A DNA stretch of 64,000 nucleotides from Sedimentisphaerales bacterium. GTDB taxonomy: Bacteria; Planctomycetota; Phycisphaerae; Sedimentisphaerales; Anaerobacaceae. Both the position numbers and the translations under genes were made by a program. Below, piece after piece: positions 20,061 to 29,392 of the stretch. The notes beneath the pieces are model-generated. The model was not told the origin of the DNA. It searched no databases and saw only the letters and a list, made by a program, of their open reading frames with translations. Location of the stretch: NCBI GenBank assembly GCA_963708075.1, contig OY970194.1:3232001-3296000 (forward strand), read 5' to 3'. Numbering within the stretch: position 1 is the stretch's first letter; each line of letters opens with the position of its first letter.

Positions 20061-21065
20061 TTGGCGCTCACAGGAAAACAAAGAGCCGCTCTTCTCCTGG
20101 CCAGCCTGGACCCGGCGACCGCCGCGGAGATGCTCAAGGGCGTGGATACAAAGGTCGTCCAGGAGTTGGCGGTCGAGCTGAGCTACCTCGACGCGGCCGG
20201 ACAGCGAAACGCCCGGCAAACGGCCGATATCGCGCGCCAATTCTGTAAATCGCTCCAGGAGCAGTCCGGCTTTCACTTCAAAAGTTTCCTGCGCGAGATG
20301 CTCAAGAATACGGTCGGCGAAGACAAGGCCAAGCAAATCCAGCGGGACGTGCAGGACCTCATAGAGAAGCGCGATCCATTTCTCACGATCCGATCGGCCC
20401 CGCTGGAAACGCTGGTGGGCGTGCTCGAGACGGAGCACCCGCAGGCCGTGGCGGTAGTGCTGTCCGAGCTTCCCGCCAAGCGAGGTTCGGAGATTCTGGG
20501 CCGCCTTGGCGAGGGTATGCGGGTCAGCACCGTCAACCGAATGACCACCGTCGGCGGCATCACACCGGAGGCCAAGGCACGGATCGCGCAAATGGTCCGC
20601 CAGCGCATCGAGGCGATGAGCACGGGCAGCCAGGCCGGCGGGGCCATTCAGGTCCGCCCGGAGCAGTCGCTTCGAAAGGTCGCCGTCATCGTGCGCAACC
20701 TCGACAAGGAAATCCGCGACGGCGTGCTCGAGGCCATTATCCAAAAGGACAAGGAGGTCGGCGACAAAGTGGCCGGCCTCATGATCGTCTGGGAGGACAT
20801 TCCCTCCGTGAACGATCGCTCGCTCCAGCAAGGCCTTCGCGGCATCGACGAGCGGCAGTTGGCCCTGGCCCTGCAGGGAGCGCCCGAGGAAATCAGCGGC
20901 AAGATCAAGAGCAATATCTCCGAGCGGGCGGCCGCCATGGTGGATGAAGAAACGTCACTGATGGCCTCACCGAAGAAAGAGGATGTCCGCCAGGCGAGAG
21001 AAAAGGTCGTCACCGCCCTGCGCGATCTGAATAAAAAGGGAGAGCTGACGTTCGTGGAAGAATAG
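20061..21065 (+). CDS. fliG: flagellar motor switch protein FliG
   Basis: Motifs LTGKQRAALLL, EHPQAVAVVLS and NISERAAAMV. TTG start. Confidence 0.95.
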   Translation: MALTGKQRAALLLASLDPATAAEMLKGVDTKVVQELAVELSYLDAAGQRNARQTADIARQFCKSLQEQSGFHFKSFLREMLKNTVGEDKAKQIQRDVQDLIEKRDPFLTIRSAPLETLVGVLETEHPQAVAVVLSELPAKRGSEILGRLGEGMRVSTVNRMTTVGGITPEAKARIAQMVRQRIEAMSTGSQAGGAIQVRPEQSLRKVAVIVRNLDKEIRDGVLEAIIQKDKEVGDKVAGLMIVWEDIPSVNDRSLQQGLRGIDERQLALALQGAPEEISGKIKSNISERAAAMVDEETSLMASPKKEDVRQAREKVVTALRDLNKKGELTFVEE

Positions 21066-21069
21066 AGCG

Positions 21070-21639
21070 ATGCCCGAGACGCTGACGATCCATCTTGCTC
21101 ATCCTGTCACTATGGCACGCCTGGCCGACGCCATCGAGGCGTCCTCACAGGTCCAGGCGGGGGTACGGGAAATCCGGAATTTGAAATCTGAAATTCCAGA
21201 TGAGAACGGTCGCTCGCAGGAGTTGACGCAGTTGTGCGGCTTGGTAGAAAGCCTCGCGGAGCAACTCAGCCGGCTCCATGAGGAGGCGATCGCCGACCAT
21301 CGAGGCGACATCGCCAGGCTCGCCGTCGAGATCGCCAGAAAGATTCTGACGCAGAGGGTCGCCAGTGGGGATTACGACGTTCAGGCCGTCATCGAGGAGG
21401 CCCTCAAGCGTGCGCCGACCCACCAGAACATCATCGTGCGAGTGAATCCGCAGGACCTGCCGGCGTGCCAGAAGCTCCAGCAGAAGGATGCGGAGAGTCC
21501 ATTCGCGGCATTGGAGTTTGTCGGCGACCGGGGCATTGCCCGGGCCGACTGCCTCGTGGAAACCCCCAAGGGGATCGTCAGGTCGTTTGTCGAGCAGCAC
21601 CTCGAACGCATCGGCGAGGCGCTCGGGAGGGCGGAGTAA
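21070..21639 (+). CDS. fliH: flagellar assembly protein FliH
   Basis: Motifs LAVEIARKIL, IVRVNPQD and CLVETPKG. It lies between fliG and fliI. Confidence 0.85.
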   Translation: MPETLTIHLAHPVTMARLADAIEASSQVQAGVREIRNLKSEIPDENGRSQELTQLCGLVESLAEQLSRLHEEAIADHRGDIARLAVEIARKILTQRVASGDYDVQAVIEEALKRAPTHQNIIVRVNPQDLPACQKLQQKDAESPFAALEFVGDRGIARADCLVETPKGIVRSFVEQHLERIGEALGRAE

Positions 21640-21642
21640 TCC

Positions 21643-22995
21643 ATGGCCGGCGGAACGTGCCAGATCGATTTCGACAGGTACTACTCAGTCCTGCAGACGG
21701 TGAACCTGATGGACTGCCAGGGCTCCGTGGTCCGCGTCTCCGGCTCGACCGTGGAATCGGCGGGCCCGGTCATTGGACTGGGCGAGCTTTGCGGCATTCA
21801 CATCCGCGACGGCCGCCGGGTGCTGGCCGAGGTCGTCGGATTTCGCAGCGACCACCTGATCCTCCTGCCGTTGGAACATATCGAGGGGATTTCACCCGGC
21901 GACACGGTCACCGCGCGATCGACCCCGCGACACATCCTGCTCAGCGACGCGGTCCTTGGGCGCGTGCTCAACGGCCTGGGCGAGCCCATCGACGGGAAAG
22001 GTCCCTTGCAGGGAACCGATGAAAGTCCGCTGGATGTCAGCAGTCCCGCCGCCCTGACTCGCGAGAAGATCACAAAGCCGCTGGCTCTGGGCATCCGCTC
22101 GATTGATGGCGTGCTAACCTGCGGCAGAGGCCAGCGAGTGGGGATCTTCGCCGGCAGCGGTGTGGGCAAGAGCGTGCTGCTGGGCGATATCGCCAACTCG
22201 AGCGACGCCGTGGTCAACGTGGTCGCCCTGATCGGCGAGCGCGGGCGTGAGGTCCGCGAGTTTCTGGAGGAGAACCTGGGTCCTGAGGGTCTGGCGCGCA
22301 GCGTGGTGGTGGTAGCCGCCTCCGATACGCCTCCCATCCAGCGGGTCAAGGCCGCCTTTGTCGCCGTCACCGTGGCCGAGTATTTCCGGGACAGGGCGAA
22401 GAACGTGCTGTTCATGATGGACTCGCTGACGCGTTTTGCACAGGCGCAGCGGGAGATCGGCCTGGCCGCCGGCGAGCCGCCCGCGACGAAAGGGTACTGT
22501 CCCAGTGTCTTTGCCCTGCTGCCCCGCCTGATCGAGCGGCTCGGCTGCTCCGACTCGGGCAGCATCACCGGGATTCTCACGGTCCTTGTGGAGAACGACG
22601 ACCTCACGGACCCGGTCGCCGACAGCGCCCGCAGCCTGCTGGATGGGCACATCGTCCTGTCGCGCAAGCTGGCCGACCGGGGCCACTACCCGGCCGTGGA
22701 CATCCTGCAGAGTGTCAGCCGCCTGATGCCTGCGGTGGTCAGCGCCGAGCACTGTGCCGCGGCCCGAAAGCTCAAGGAGATCTACGCCACGTACATCGAC
22801 GCCGAGGACCTGATCAATATCGGCGCCTTCTCGCGAGGCAGCAACCGGCGAATCGACGGCGCTATCAGCCTGATCGACCACATCAACGAATTCCTCGTGC
22901 AGCCGGTGCGCCAGAGAACCTTGTTCGCAGAAACCGAAAAGCAGTTGATCGCGATTACCCGCGCGTGGGACAGACTGATCACCCTCAAGAACTGA
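21643..22995 (+). CDS. fliI: flagellar export ATPase FliI
   Basis: Walker A GSGVGKS, with IGERGREVREF and MDSLTRFA. Confidence 0.97.
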   Translation: MAGGTCQIDFDRYYSVLQTVNLMDCQGSVVRVSGSTVESAGPVIGLGELCGIHIRDGRRVLAEVVGFRSDHLILLPLEHIEGISPGDTVTARSTPRHILLSDAVLGRVLNGLGEPIDGKGPLQGTDESPLDVSSPAALTREKITKPLALGIRSIDGVLTCGRGQRVGIFAGSGVGKSVLLGDIANSSDAVVNVVALIGERGREVREFLEENLGPEGLARSVVVVAASDTPPIQRVKAAFVAVTVAEYFRDRAKNVLFMMDSLTRFAQAQREIGLAAGEPPATKGYCPSVFALLPRLIERLGCSDSGSITGILTVLVENDDLTDPVADSARSLLDGHIVLSRKLADRGHYPAVDILQSVSRLMPAVVSAEHCAAARKLKEIYATYIDAEDLINIGAFSRGSNRRIDGAISLIDHINEFLVQPVRQRTLFAETEKQLIAITRAWDRLITLKN

Positions 22996-23007
22996 GACCG
23001 ACCGTAA

Positions 23008-23460
23008 ATGAAACGTTTCGTGTGGCGTCTGCAGAAGGTGCTCGATGTCAGGGCAAAACAGGAAGAGATCAAGCGGATCGAGCTGGTTCGATTGACGGAG
23101 AGACTGGCAGAGAAACAGAGTGAGTTGCTCATGTGTCAACGGGTGCTGCAGGACATCATCAACGGAATATCGCGGGATTCATCCTCGCGACGGCTGACGG
23201 CGCAGGAGTTTTTTCTGAAACAGGCGGCGACCAGCGATGAGCGGATTCGCACGCTCAGGAGCGAGATGGCAGAGCTGGAGGCCCGGCAGAAGGAGAAAAC
23301 CGCGGAGCTGCTGGCCGTGCGGCGGTCCAGGGAGGCCATGGAGCGCCTGCGGGAGGAAGCCCGTGAACAATTCATCCGTGAACAGGAGAAGCTGGAACAA
23401 AAGGAGCTCGACGAAAGGTCTACTGTGGCCTTCGCCCGCCGGGAAAGCATGAAGGGATGA
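23008..23460 (+). CDS. fliJ: flagellar export protein FliJ
   Basis: MKRFVWRLQKVL...EQKELDE, coiled coil, directly after fliI. Confidence 0.9.
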   Translation: MKRFVWRLQKVLDVRAKQEEIKRIELVRLTERLAEKQSELLMCQRVLQDIINGISRDSSSRRLTAQEFFLKQAATSDERIRTLRSEMAELEARQKEKTAELLAVRRSREAMERLREEAREQFIREQEKLEQKELDERSTVAFARRESMKG

Positions 23461-23494
23461 CGCCGGACCGCAGTGAACTCTCAGGGAGCTTTGT

Positions 23495-23561
23495 GGTGTG
23501 CAGTGCACACCCTACATGCCCATGCGACGCCGGACAATATGTAGGGTGTGCATCGCACACC
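23495..23561. repeat. GTAG-type REP doublet (REPIN-like)
   Basis: GGTGTGCAGTGCACACCCTACAT ... ATGTAGGGTGTGCATCGCACACC, two inverted copies, each internally palindromic. Confidence 0.85.
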
Positions 23562-23584
23562 TTTCTATGCTGTTTTAGACAGGA

Positions 23585-24310
23585 GTGCTTCACGTGAACA
23601 TGAAAGCGATTGTCATTACGGCAGCCGCCGGGGTGGTCAGCTTCGGCGGGGCATTCGCCGTCGGTTGGTTCACCCGGCCCGCGCCCATAGAGACGGCAGC
23701 GGCTGAAGCTCAGCCGGACGGCGCCGCACAGGCTCACAAGACGGGGGAGCCGCAGGTGCAGGTCCTGACGCCCACCGCCGGATCGCCTGGGGACAACGCC
23801 GGCGCACGCGCCATGACGGAGCAACAGCTCAAGGAGCTGGTCTACGAGCTGCGGGAGAAGATGCAGGAGTACGATCAGAAGCTCAAGTCCCTGGAGAAGG
23901 ACCGCGAGCGGCTGCAGATCGCCCACCAGGGCCTGAACAAGGACATTGAGACTCTGAACGATCTTCGCGTGGACATCGCCACCACGGCCGCCGGAGTGAA
24001 GACCGAGAGAGACATGCTCCTCAAGACACGGGTCGAAGTCGAGCAGACGGAAAAGGCAAATCTCACAGCGATTGCGGCCGCCTATGACAAGATGGACGCC
24101 ACGCGGGCCAGCGAGATTCTCAAGAGCATGGCCGTGGGGCAGAGCCAGAGCGGCGCGGCCAAAAGGGTCAGCGCCGACGACGCCATCAAGATCCTTCATT
24201 TCATGCAGGACAGGACCAAGGCCAAGGTCCTGGCCGAGCTGGCGGCCACGGAGCCCGCCCTGGCCGCGACGCTTTGCCAGAGGCTCAAACAGGTAACGGA
24301 GACCAGGTGA
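23585..24310 (+). CDS. MotE/FlbB-like membrane-anchored flagellar protein (MgtE-N-like C-terminus)
   Basis: N-terminal TM, coiled coil, and AAAYDKMDATRASEILKSM...AIKILHFMQDRTKAKVLAEL. It lies between fliJ and motA. Confidence 0.75.
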   Translation: MLHVNMKAIVITAAAGVVSFGGAFAVGWFTRPAPIETAAAEAQPDGAAQAHKTGEPQVQVLTPTAGSPGDNAGARAMTEQQLKELVYELREKMQEYDQKLKSLEKDRERLQIAHQGLNKDIETLNDLRVDIATTAAGVKTERDMLLKTRVEVEQTEKANLTAIAAAYDKMDATRASEILKSMAVGQSQSGAAKRVSADDAIKILHFMQDRTKAKVLAELAATEPALAATLCQRLKQVTETR

Positions 24311-24314
24311 CGGC

Positions 24315-25091
24315 ATGGATATCGCAACAGCGTTAGGTGTGATCTTAGGCTTCGTGGTCATTCTCGGAACGATCGCCTATGAGAGCCACGGGGGCATGGC
24401 CATCTTCTTCAACGTCCCGGCTCTCGCGATCGTCTTTGGCGGCACGACGTGCGCGACCATGATCCATTTCTCCATGGGGCAGTTCATCGGGGTCTTGTCC
24501 GTGGTCAAGAAAACACTCCTGAGCCGCATCCCCGCCCCGCAGGAGCTGATCCAGAGAATGGTCAACTACTCCGCGATCAACCGGCGGGACGGCGCCCTGG
24601 CCCTGGAGCAGGAGATCGGCAAAACGAGGGACCAGTTCCTGTCGAAGGGCCTGCAGATGCTCGTGGATGGGGCGGACGAGCACGCCATCCGTGACCTGCT
24701 CGGCATGGAAATCCAGTACATGGAGGAGCGGCACGCCATGGGCAAGAAGATCCTGGATTTCATGGGGGCCTCAGCGCCCTCGTTTGCCATGGTCGGCACG
24801 CTGATCGGTCTGATTTCGATGCTCAGCCGGATGGAGAGCCCCGACGAGATCGGCGCCGGCATGGCCGTCGCCCTCGTCTGCACCTTCTATGGCGCCCTGA
24901 TCGCCAATCTGGTCTTCATCCCCATGGGCGGCAAGCTTGGGCAGTACTCCAAGGCGGAAAAGATCTCGATGGAAATGGTCCTGGAGGGCGTCTGCTCGAT
25001 CGCCAAGGGTGACAATCCGACGGCCGTAAGTGAAAAGATGCAGGTGTTCATCTCCGCAAAACGCCGCGAGGCGGTGAAAGCCAAGGTCTGA
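24315..25091 (+). CDS. motA: flagellar stator protein MotA (PomA/MotP-like)
   Basis: Motifs RRDGALALE, APSFAMVGTLIGLISML and MAVALVCTFYG. Confidence 0.95.
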   Translation: MDIATALGVILGFVVILGTIAYESHGGMAIFFNVPALAIVFGGTTCATMIHFSMGQFIGVLSVVKKTLLSRIPAPQELIQRMVNYSAINRRDGALALEQEIGKTRDQFLSKGLQMLVDGADEHAIRDLLGMEIQYMEERHAMGKKILDFMGASAPSFAMVGTLIGLISMLSRMESPDEIGAGMAVALVCTFYGALIANLVFIPMGGKLGQYSKAEKISMEMVLEGVCSIAKGDNPTAVSEKMQVFISAKRREAVKAKV

Positions 25092-25093
25092 TC

Positions 25094-25200
25094 GATTTGA
25101 GAATTACGATTTACGATTTGAAGGGACTATTTCCAGGCCATGCCACCGGCCCGGGATCAGACGCGCGGTCCAAAATTGCAAATAGTAAACCGTAATTGGT
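25094..25200. repeat. heptamer-periodic inverted repeat H3 (motA/motB)
   Basis: Left arm GATTTGA GAATTAC GATTTAC GATTTGA; right arm AAATTGC AAATAGT AAACCGT AATTGGT. Confidence 0.8.
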
Positions 25201-25208
25201 GAGTTGGA

Positions 25209-25877
25209 ATGGCACACGGGAAACAGAAACCAAAACAAGAAGAAGAATCCGGCGAGGGAGCGCCGCTGTGGATTATCTCCTTCGCCGACATGATGTCGCT
25301 GCTCATGGCGTTCTTCGTGATGCTCTCGACGTTCTCCTCGTTTGGGCCGGCCGAGGCGGAGAAGCTGCAGAAAGCCATGACGGCGGCGCTATCGCCGAAT
25401 TTCCTCGGCGGCTGGAACCCGTTCTCGCCCAGGCCGGCCGTAGGACCCCAGGCCATCGCCGCCGGCCAGCAGGAAAAAGGCAGCGACAAGCCCACGCTCG
25501 AAGAGACGCAGGGAAAGGGCCTGCTCGCCGAGACGAAGGCCGAGGAGTTCAGGACACGCAAGGTGTTCCTGATCGAGTCGAGAAAAGTGTTCTGGGGCGC
25601 TGGGGCGACACTGTCCCGAGATGGGCGGGATTTTCTCGATACTCTGGCCGCCTTCGCCGCCAAGATGCCCGGCCGAATCGTCATCGCCGAGAGCGGCCCC
25701 GGGGATGACACGGAACTTGGATTCAACCGGGCGCTGCGGACGCTGACGTATCTCGCGTCCCGAGGCGTGGCAAAGGATCGTTGCTGCATCGCGGCCAAGG
25801 GCACGCTGCCGGATCAGGACTCCGGGTCGGAACGAACATTGGAAATCGCGATTCTCGATGAGAGCATCTACAAGTGA
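25209..25877 (+). CDS. motB: flagellar stator protein MotB, paralog 1
   Basis: TM with the conserved Asp (APLWIISFADMMSLLMAFFVML) and a degenerate OmpA-like C-terminus. Confidence 0.85.
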   Translation: MAHGKQKPKQEEESGEGAPLWIISFADMMSLLMAFFVMLSTFSSFGPAEAEKLQKAMTAALSPNFLGGWNPFSPRPAVGPQAIAAGQQEKGSDKPTLEETQGKGLLAETKAEEFRTRKVFLIESRKVFWGAGATLSRDGRDFLDTLAAFAAKMPGRIVIAESGPGDDTELGFNRALRTLTYLASRGVAKDRCCIAAKGTLPDQDSGSERTLEIAILDESIYK

Positions 25878-26638
25878 AAAAGCATAAGCCGGCACCTGCC
25901 CAGGAAGAAAAGGGGGAATGCGCACCGCTGTGGATCATCTCCTTCGCGGACATGATCTCGCTGCTGATGGCGTTCTTCGTCATGCTCCTGACCATGTCCA
26001 CCGCCCGAAGCGGCAAGCTGTGCAACGAGGGCGAAGGGATCTTCGAGAAGACGCTCTATGGATTCCGCAGGACCATCGCGGGGTTCGGGATGCCGGGGTT
26101 GTTCGGCACCCCTGCCGAGGGACTGGAATTCGATAGCCCCAAGGTGTACTACCCGATCAGCGACGGGGACGACCAGGATGTCCAGAGAACCGTCGATGCC
26201 CGCGAGGAGAAGACCCGGCGGACCTTCCAGCAACTGCAGGCACGGGCCCGGACCTATGAAGCCCAGGTGCGCGGCCGGAATCCCAACTTCGTGGTCCTGC
26301 CGATTGCGTTCGATCGGGGACAGGCCGCTCTCAGTGAATCCGCCTCGCAATTCCTGAAGACGTTCACGAAGAACCTGACAGGCTTTTCCTCCGTCGAGGG
26401 ACTCCAGATCTATGTGGTGGGGCTCGCCGCGGATGAGCTGGACGAAAAAGAACAGTGGCTGCTCTCCGCCCGGCGAGCCGAGGCGGTCGCCACGTTCTTG
26501 CGCGACGAGTTTTCCTCGGAAGCGAACTGTCGCGTCTTCTCGTGGGGAGCGGCGGCCGGAGGCGACTGGGTGAAACAGGACGGCCCGATGTCCCCGCAGT
26601 CCCAGATCGCCGTGGCCGTCCTCAAACCGAACAACTGA
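25874..26638 (+). CDS. motB: flagellar stator protein MotB, paralog 2
   Basis: APLWIISFADMISLLMAFFVML and WLLSARRAEAV. It has a GTGA overlap with paralog 1. Confidence 0.85.
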   Translation: MKKHKPAPAQEEKGECAPLWIISFADMISLLMAFFVMLLTMSTARSGKLCNEGEGIFEKTLYGFRRTIAGFGMPGLFGTPAEGLEFDSPKVYYPISDGDDQDVQRTVDAREEKTRRTFQQLQARARTYEAQVRGRNPNFVVLPIAFDRGQAALSESASQFLKTFTKNLTGFSSVEGLQIYVVGLAADELDEKEQWLLSARRAEAVATFLRDEFSSEANCRVFSWGAAAGGDWVKQDGPMSPQSQIAVAVLKPNN

Positions 26639-26730
26639 GTCTGTCTATTTCTTCGACATGATGACCATTCTTCAGTCGCCGGCCCCTCCGGGGCCCCGCC
26701 CGGCGCTCGTACAAGCATGTACCCCGCCCG

Positions 26731-26746
26731 TGGCACGCCGTTTGCA
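26731..26746 (+). promoter_or_regulatory. sigma-54 promoter of fliOPQR-flhB
   Basis: TGGCACGCCGTTTGCA. A possible UAS, TGTCTATTTCTTCGACA, lies at 26642-26658. Confidence 0.85.
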
Positions 26747-26804
26747 CACCATGTCGCAACAACGGGCATCGAGAATGCCTATTGCTTGAGAATATGAGGC
26801 CGGC

Positions 26805-27278
26805 GTGAGTCACAGCAGAAAGAGAATGGCCGTCTTGTGTTTGACAGTGCTGATTGGCGGCGGATGGATCAGCATAGCCGCCCGATCCGCAGACCGGACG
26901 GCTGAGCCGGCGGCGCCCCAGCAGAGCGACTCGTTCCTCGCCGATCCCAATTTCACCAGCCAGGCGGATGTCCCCTTCGGCGGCGGAGGACTCTTTGCCA
27001 GGATGATGCTCTGCATCCTGCTGGTAGCCGGCCTGGGCGTCGGCATGCTGTATGTGTCGAAGAAGGTGCTGCCCAAAGTCACGAACACCGCCGGCAAGGA
27101 GATTCGCATTCGCGAGACAGCCCACCTTGGACCCCGCAAGGCACTGCACCTTGTCGAGATCGGTAACCACAAGCTGCTCATCGGCAGCACGAACGACAGC
27201 ATCACGGCCTTGGCAGACGTGACCGACACGTGGCTGGACGTATCGAAACAGGAACCTGATGATACAGTGAGACTGTAA
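26805..27278 (+). CDS. fliO: flagellar biosynthesis protein FliO
   Basis: TM followed by IRIRETAHLGPRKALHLVEIGNHKLLIGST. Confidence 0.9.
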   Translation: MSHSRKRMAVLCLTVLIGGGWISIAARSADRTAEPAAPQQSDSFLADPNFTSQADVPFGGGGLFARMMLCILLVAGLGVGMLYVSKKVLPKVTNTAGKEIRIRETAHLGPRKALHLVEIGNHKLLIGSTNDSITALADVTDTWLDVSKQEPDDTVRL

Positions 27279-28118
27279 ATGCACCGGCTGACGCAGACAA
27301 TCACGATTCTGGTCTCCGTTCTGTCCCTGACAGCGCCGGTGGATGGACAGGCGAAACGGTCCCCCGCGCCGCCGGTCATGCCGCAGGTGACCACGGCCAG
27401 CACCAAGCCTGCTACCCCAGCCAACGTCCCGAGCATCGCCGAGCTGGTCTCGGTGATGGAAAAGGCCACGTCGCAAAAAGGCGACGGCAAGGAGTGGTCC
27501 ACGCCGGTCAAGCTCGTCATCATCTTCGGGGGCCTGGCGATTCTGCCGACCCTGCTCGTCATGATGACCTCGTTCACGCGAATCGTCATCGTGCTTTCCT
27601 TCGTCCGGCGAGCCCTGACCACGCAGACCATCCCGCCGACAATCGCCATCATGGGTCTGGGCCTGTTTCTGACCTTCTATACGATGGCCCCCACGTACGC
27701 CAAGATGAACGTCGAGGCGATTCAGCCTTACCTGGCGGACAAGATCACGTTCGGAGCCGCCGCCCAGAAGGCCAGCGACTGCATGAAGGAGTTCATGCTT
27801 CGCCAAAGCCGCAAGGCCGACCTGGCTCTCTTCGTGCAGATGGCCAAGGCCCCCGCTCCGGCCACGCCGATGGATGTCCCCATGCATATCGTGGTCCCTG
27901 CGTTCATCATCAGCGAGTTTCGCACGGCCTTCGAGATCGGCTGCCTGCTGTTCATCCCCTTCCTGCTGATCGACATGGTCATCGCCAGCGTGCTGCTCAG
28001 CGCGGGCATGATGATGCTGCCGCCGGTCATGATCTCCCTGCCGTTCAAACTGATTCTGTTCATTCTGGTCGATGGCTGGGGCCTCCTGGCCAAGAGCCTG
28101 AGCCTGGGTTTTCGATAG
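27279..28118 (+). CDS. fliP: flagellar export gate FliP
   Basis: Motifs MMTSFTRIVIVLS and GMMMLPPVMISLPFKLILFILVDGW. Confidence 0.97.
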   Translation: MHRLTQTITILVSVLSLTAPVDGQAKRSPAPPVMPQVTTASTKPATPANVPSIAELVSVMEKATSQKGDGKEWSTPVKLVIIFGGLAILPTLLVMMTSFTRIVIVLSFVRRALTTQTIPPTIAIMGLGLFLTFYTMAPTYAKMNVEAIQPYLADKITFGAAAQKASDCMKEFMLRQSRKADLALFVQMAKAPAPATPMDVPMHIVVPAFIISEFRTAFEIGCLLFIPFLLIDMVIASVLLSAGMMMLPPVMISLPFKLILFILVDGWGLLAKSLSLGFR

Positions 28119-28120
28119 GA

Positions 28121-28212
28121 GAGTTCGGAGTTGACAGTTCCCAGTTGTCAGTTGGCCGGGAACTGTGATCTGGGAACTGGGAACTGAGAACTGGGAACTG
28201 AGAACTGAGAAC
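28121..28212. repeat. heptamer-periodic inverted repeat H4 (fliP/fliQ)
   Basis: Left arm GAGTTCG GAGTTGA CAGTTCC CAGTTGT CAGTTGG; right arm GAACTGT GATCTGG GAACTGG GAACTGA GAACTGG GAACTGA GAACTGA GAAC. Confidence 0.92.
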
Positions 28213-28214
28213 GT

Positions 28215-28484
28215 ATGGATAGTAGTTTTGTATTGTACCTGGGACGGCATACGCTGGAGACGGCCCTGCTCTTGTCGGCGCCGATCCTGCTCACCTGCCT
28301 GGTCGTCGGTGTCGCCATCACCCTGGTGCAGGCGGTCACTTCCATCCGGGACATGACCCTGACCATCGTACCCAAGCTGCTGGCCGTCGGCGCCGTGACA
28401 ATGCTGTTCGGCGGCTGGACGCTTCAGGTCATGCTGCGCTTCACCACGGAGATATTCGCTCACATGCAAAACATCGGACATTGA
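28215..28484 (+). CDS. fliQ: flagellar export gate FliQ
   Basis: Motif QAVTSIRDMTLTIVPKL, 89 aa. Confidence 0.95.
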   Translation: MDSSFVLYLGRHTLETALLLSAPILLTCLVVGVAITLVQAVTSIRDMTLTIVPKLLAVGAVTMLFGGWTLQVMLRFTTEIFAHMQNIGH

Positions 28485-28570
28485 TTATTGATTATGGATG
28501 ATGGATGATTGAAAATGGAAGTCTCCCTTCCACGCTCAATCATCGATAATCAATCATCCTTCATCAATGA
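28481..28570. repeat. heptamer-periodic inverted repeat H5 (fliQ/fliR)
   Basis: Left arm TTGATTA TTGATTA TGGATGA TGGATGA; right arm TCAATCA TCGATAA TCAATCA TCCTTCA TCAATGA. Confidence 0.9.
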
Positions 28571-28579
28571 AGGGTTCCC

Positions 28580-29317
28580 ATGCTTCTCGGCTTCGCGCTG
28601 ATTCTGACCCGGATTTCCGCCTTCTTCGTGGTCCTGCCGGTCTTCGGGTGGAAGACGATCCCCGCCCAGATCAAGGTAGCCGCGACCGTGCTGCTGTCGC
28701 TGTTCTTCTATTTCATCACGCCCCTGCCGGCGGGCCTGGGAAAAGCCGCCCCGCTGACGATATTCCTGCTGCTGAGTAGCGAGGCCCTCTACGGCTTCGC
28801 CCTGGGCCTCATCATCGCCCTGCTGTTTTCCGTCGTGCGGCTCAGCGGGCTCATCATCGAGCAGCAAATGGGACTGACGATGTCCGAGATCCTCGACCCG
28901 CTGACGGAGAATGAGAGCAGCCCCTTCGGCAGCCTCGTGGAGATGGTCTTTGTCCTGCTGTTCCTGAGCGCCAACGGCCATCACCTGTTCCTGCTGGTGC
29001 TCGCCAGGAGCTATGACGCGTTCCCGTCCGGCACGATGCCAACGATCGCTCTGCTGACCGGCGGAGTGATCAACACGAGCACAGCCATGTTCGTGGCCAG
29101 TTTGAGGCTGGCGGCTCCGATGCTCGCGGCGTTCCTGGTGCTCATGGTGGCCCTGGCCCTGCTGGCCCGGCTGGTCCCCGAGATGAATATCCTGTTCGAG
29201 AGCATGTCGGTGCGAGTCGCGCTCGGACTGTTCCTGACTGCCGTGTTTCTGCCCTTCATCAATAGTTTCGTCACGGAAATGGCCGACTGGATGGTTAAAC
29301 TGCTGCCGCTTTCATAA
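28580..29317 (+). CDS. fliR: flagellar export gate FliR
   Basis: Motifs QMGLTMSEILDP, NGHHLFL and RLVPEMNI. Confidence 0.95.
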   Translation: MLLGFALILTRISAFFVVLPVFGWKTIPAQIKVAATVLLSLFFYFITPLPAGLGKAAPLTIFLLLSSEALYGFALGLIIALLFSVVRLSGLIIEQQMGLTMSEILDPLTENESSPFGSLVEMVFVLLFLSANGHHLFLLVLARSYDAFPSGTMPTIALLTGGVINTSTAMFVASLRLAAPMLAAFLVLMVALALLARLVPEMNILFESMSVRVALGLFLTAVFLPFINSFVTEMADWMVKLLPLS

Positions 29318-29347
29318 AAGAAGCACGAGTTTCGAGTGGGTGGCGTT

Positions 29348-29389
29348 GCATCGCAAATCGTAAATTGTAAATGGTAAATCGCAAATCCA
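29348..29389 (+). repeat. heptamer half-element H6 (fliR/flhB)
   Basis: GCATCGC AAATCGT AAATTGT AAATGGT AAATCGC AAATCCA, just before the flhB ATG. Confidence 0.8.
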
Positions 29390-29392
29390 GAA

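Noticed and set aside
28121..28212. Repeat arrays considered as CRISPR
   Set aside because: The units are 7 nt with no unique spacers, and no cas genes are present.
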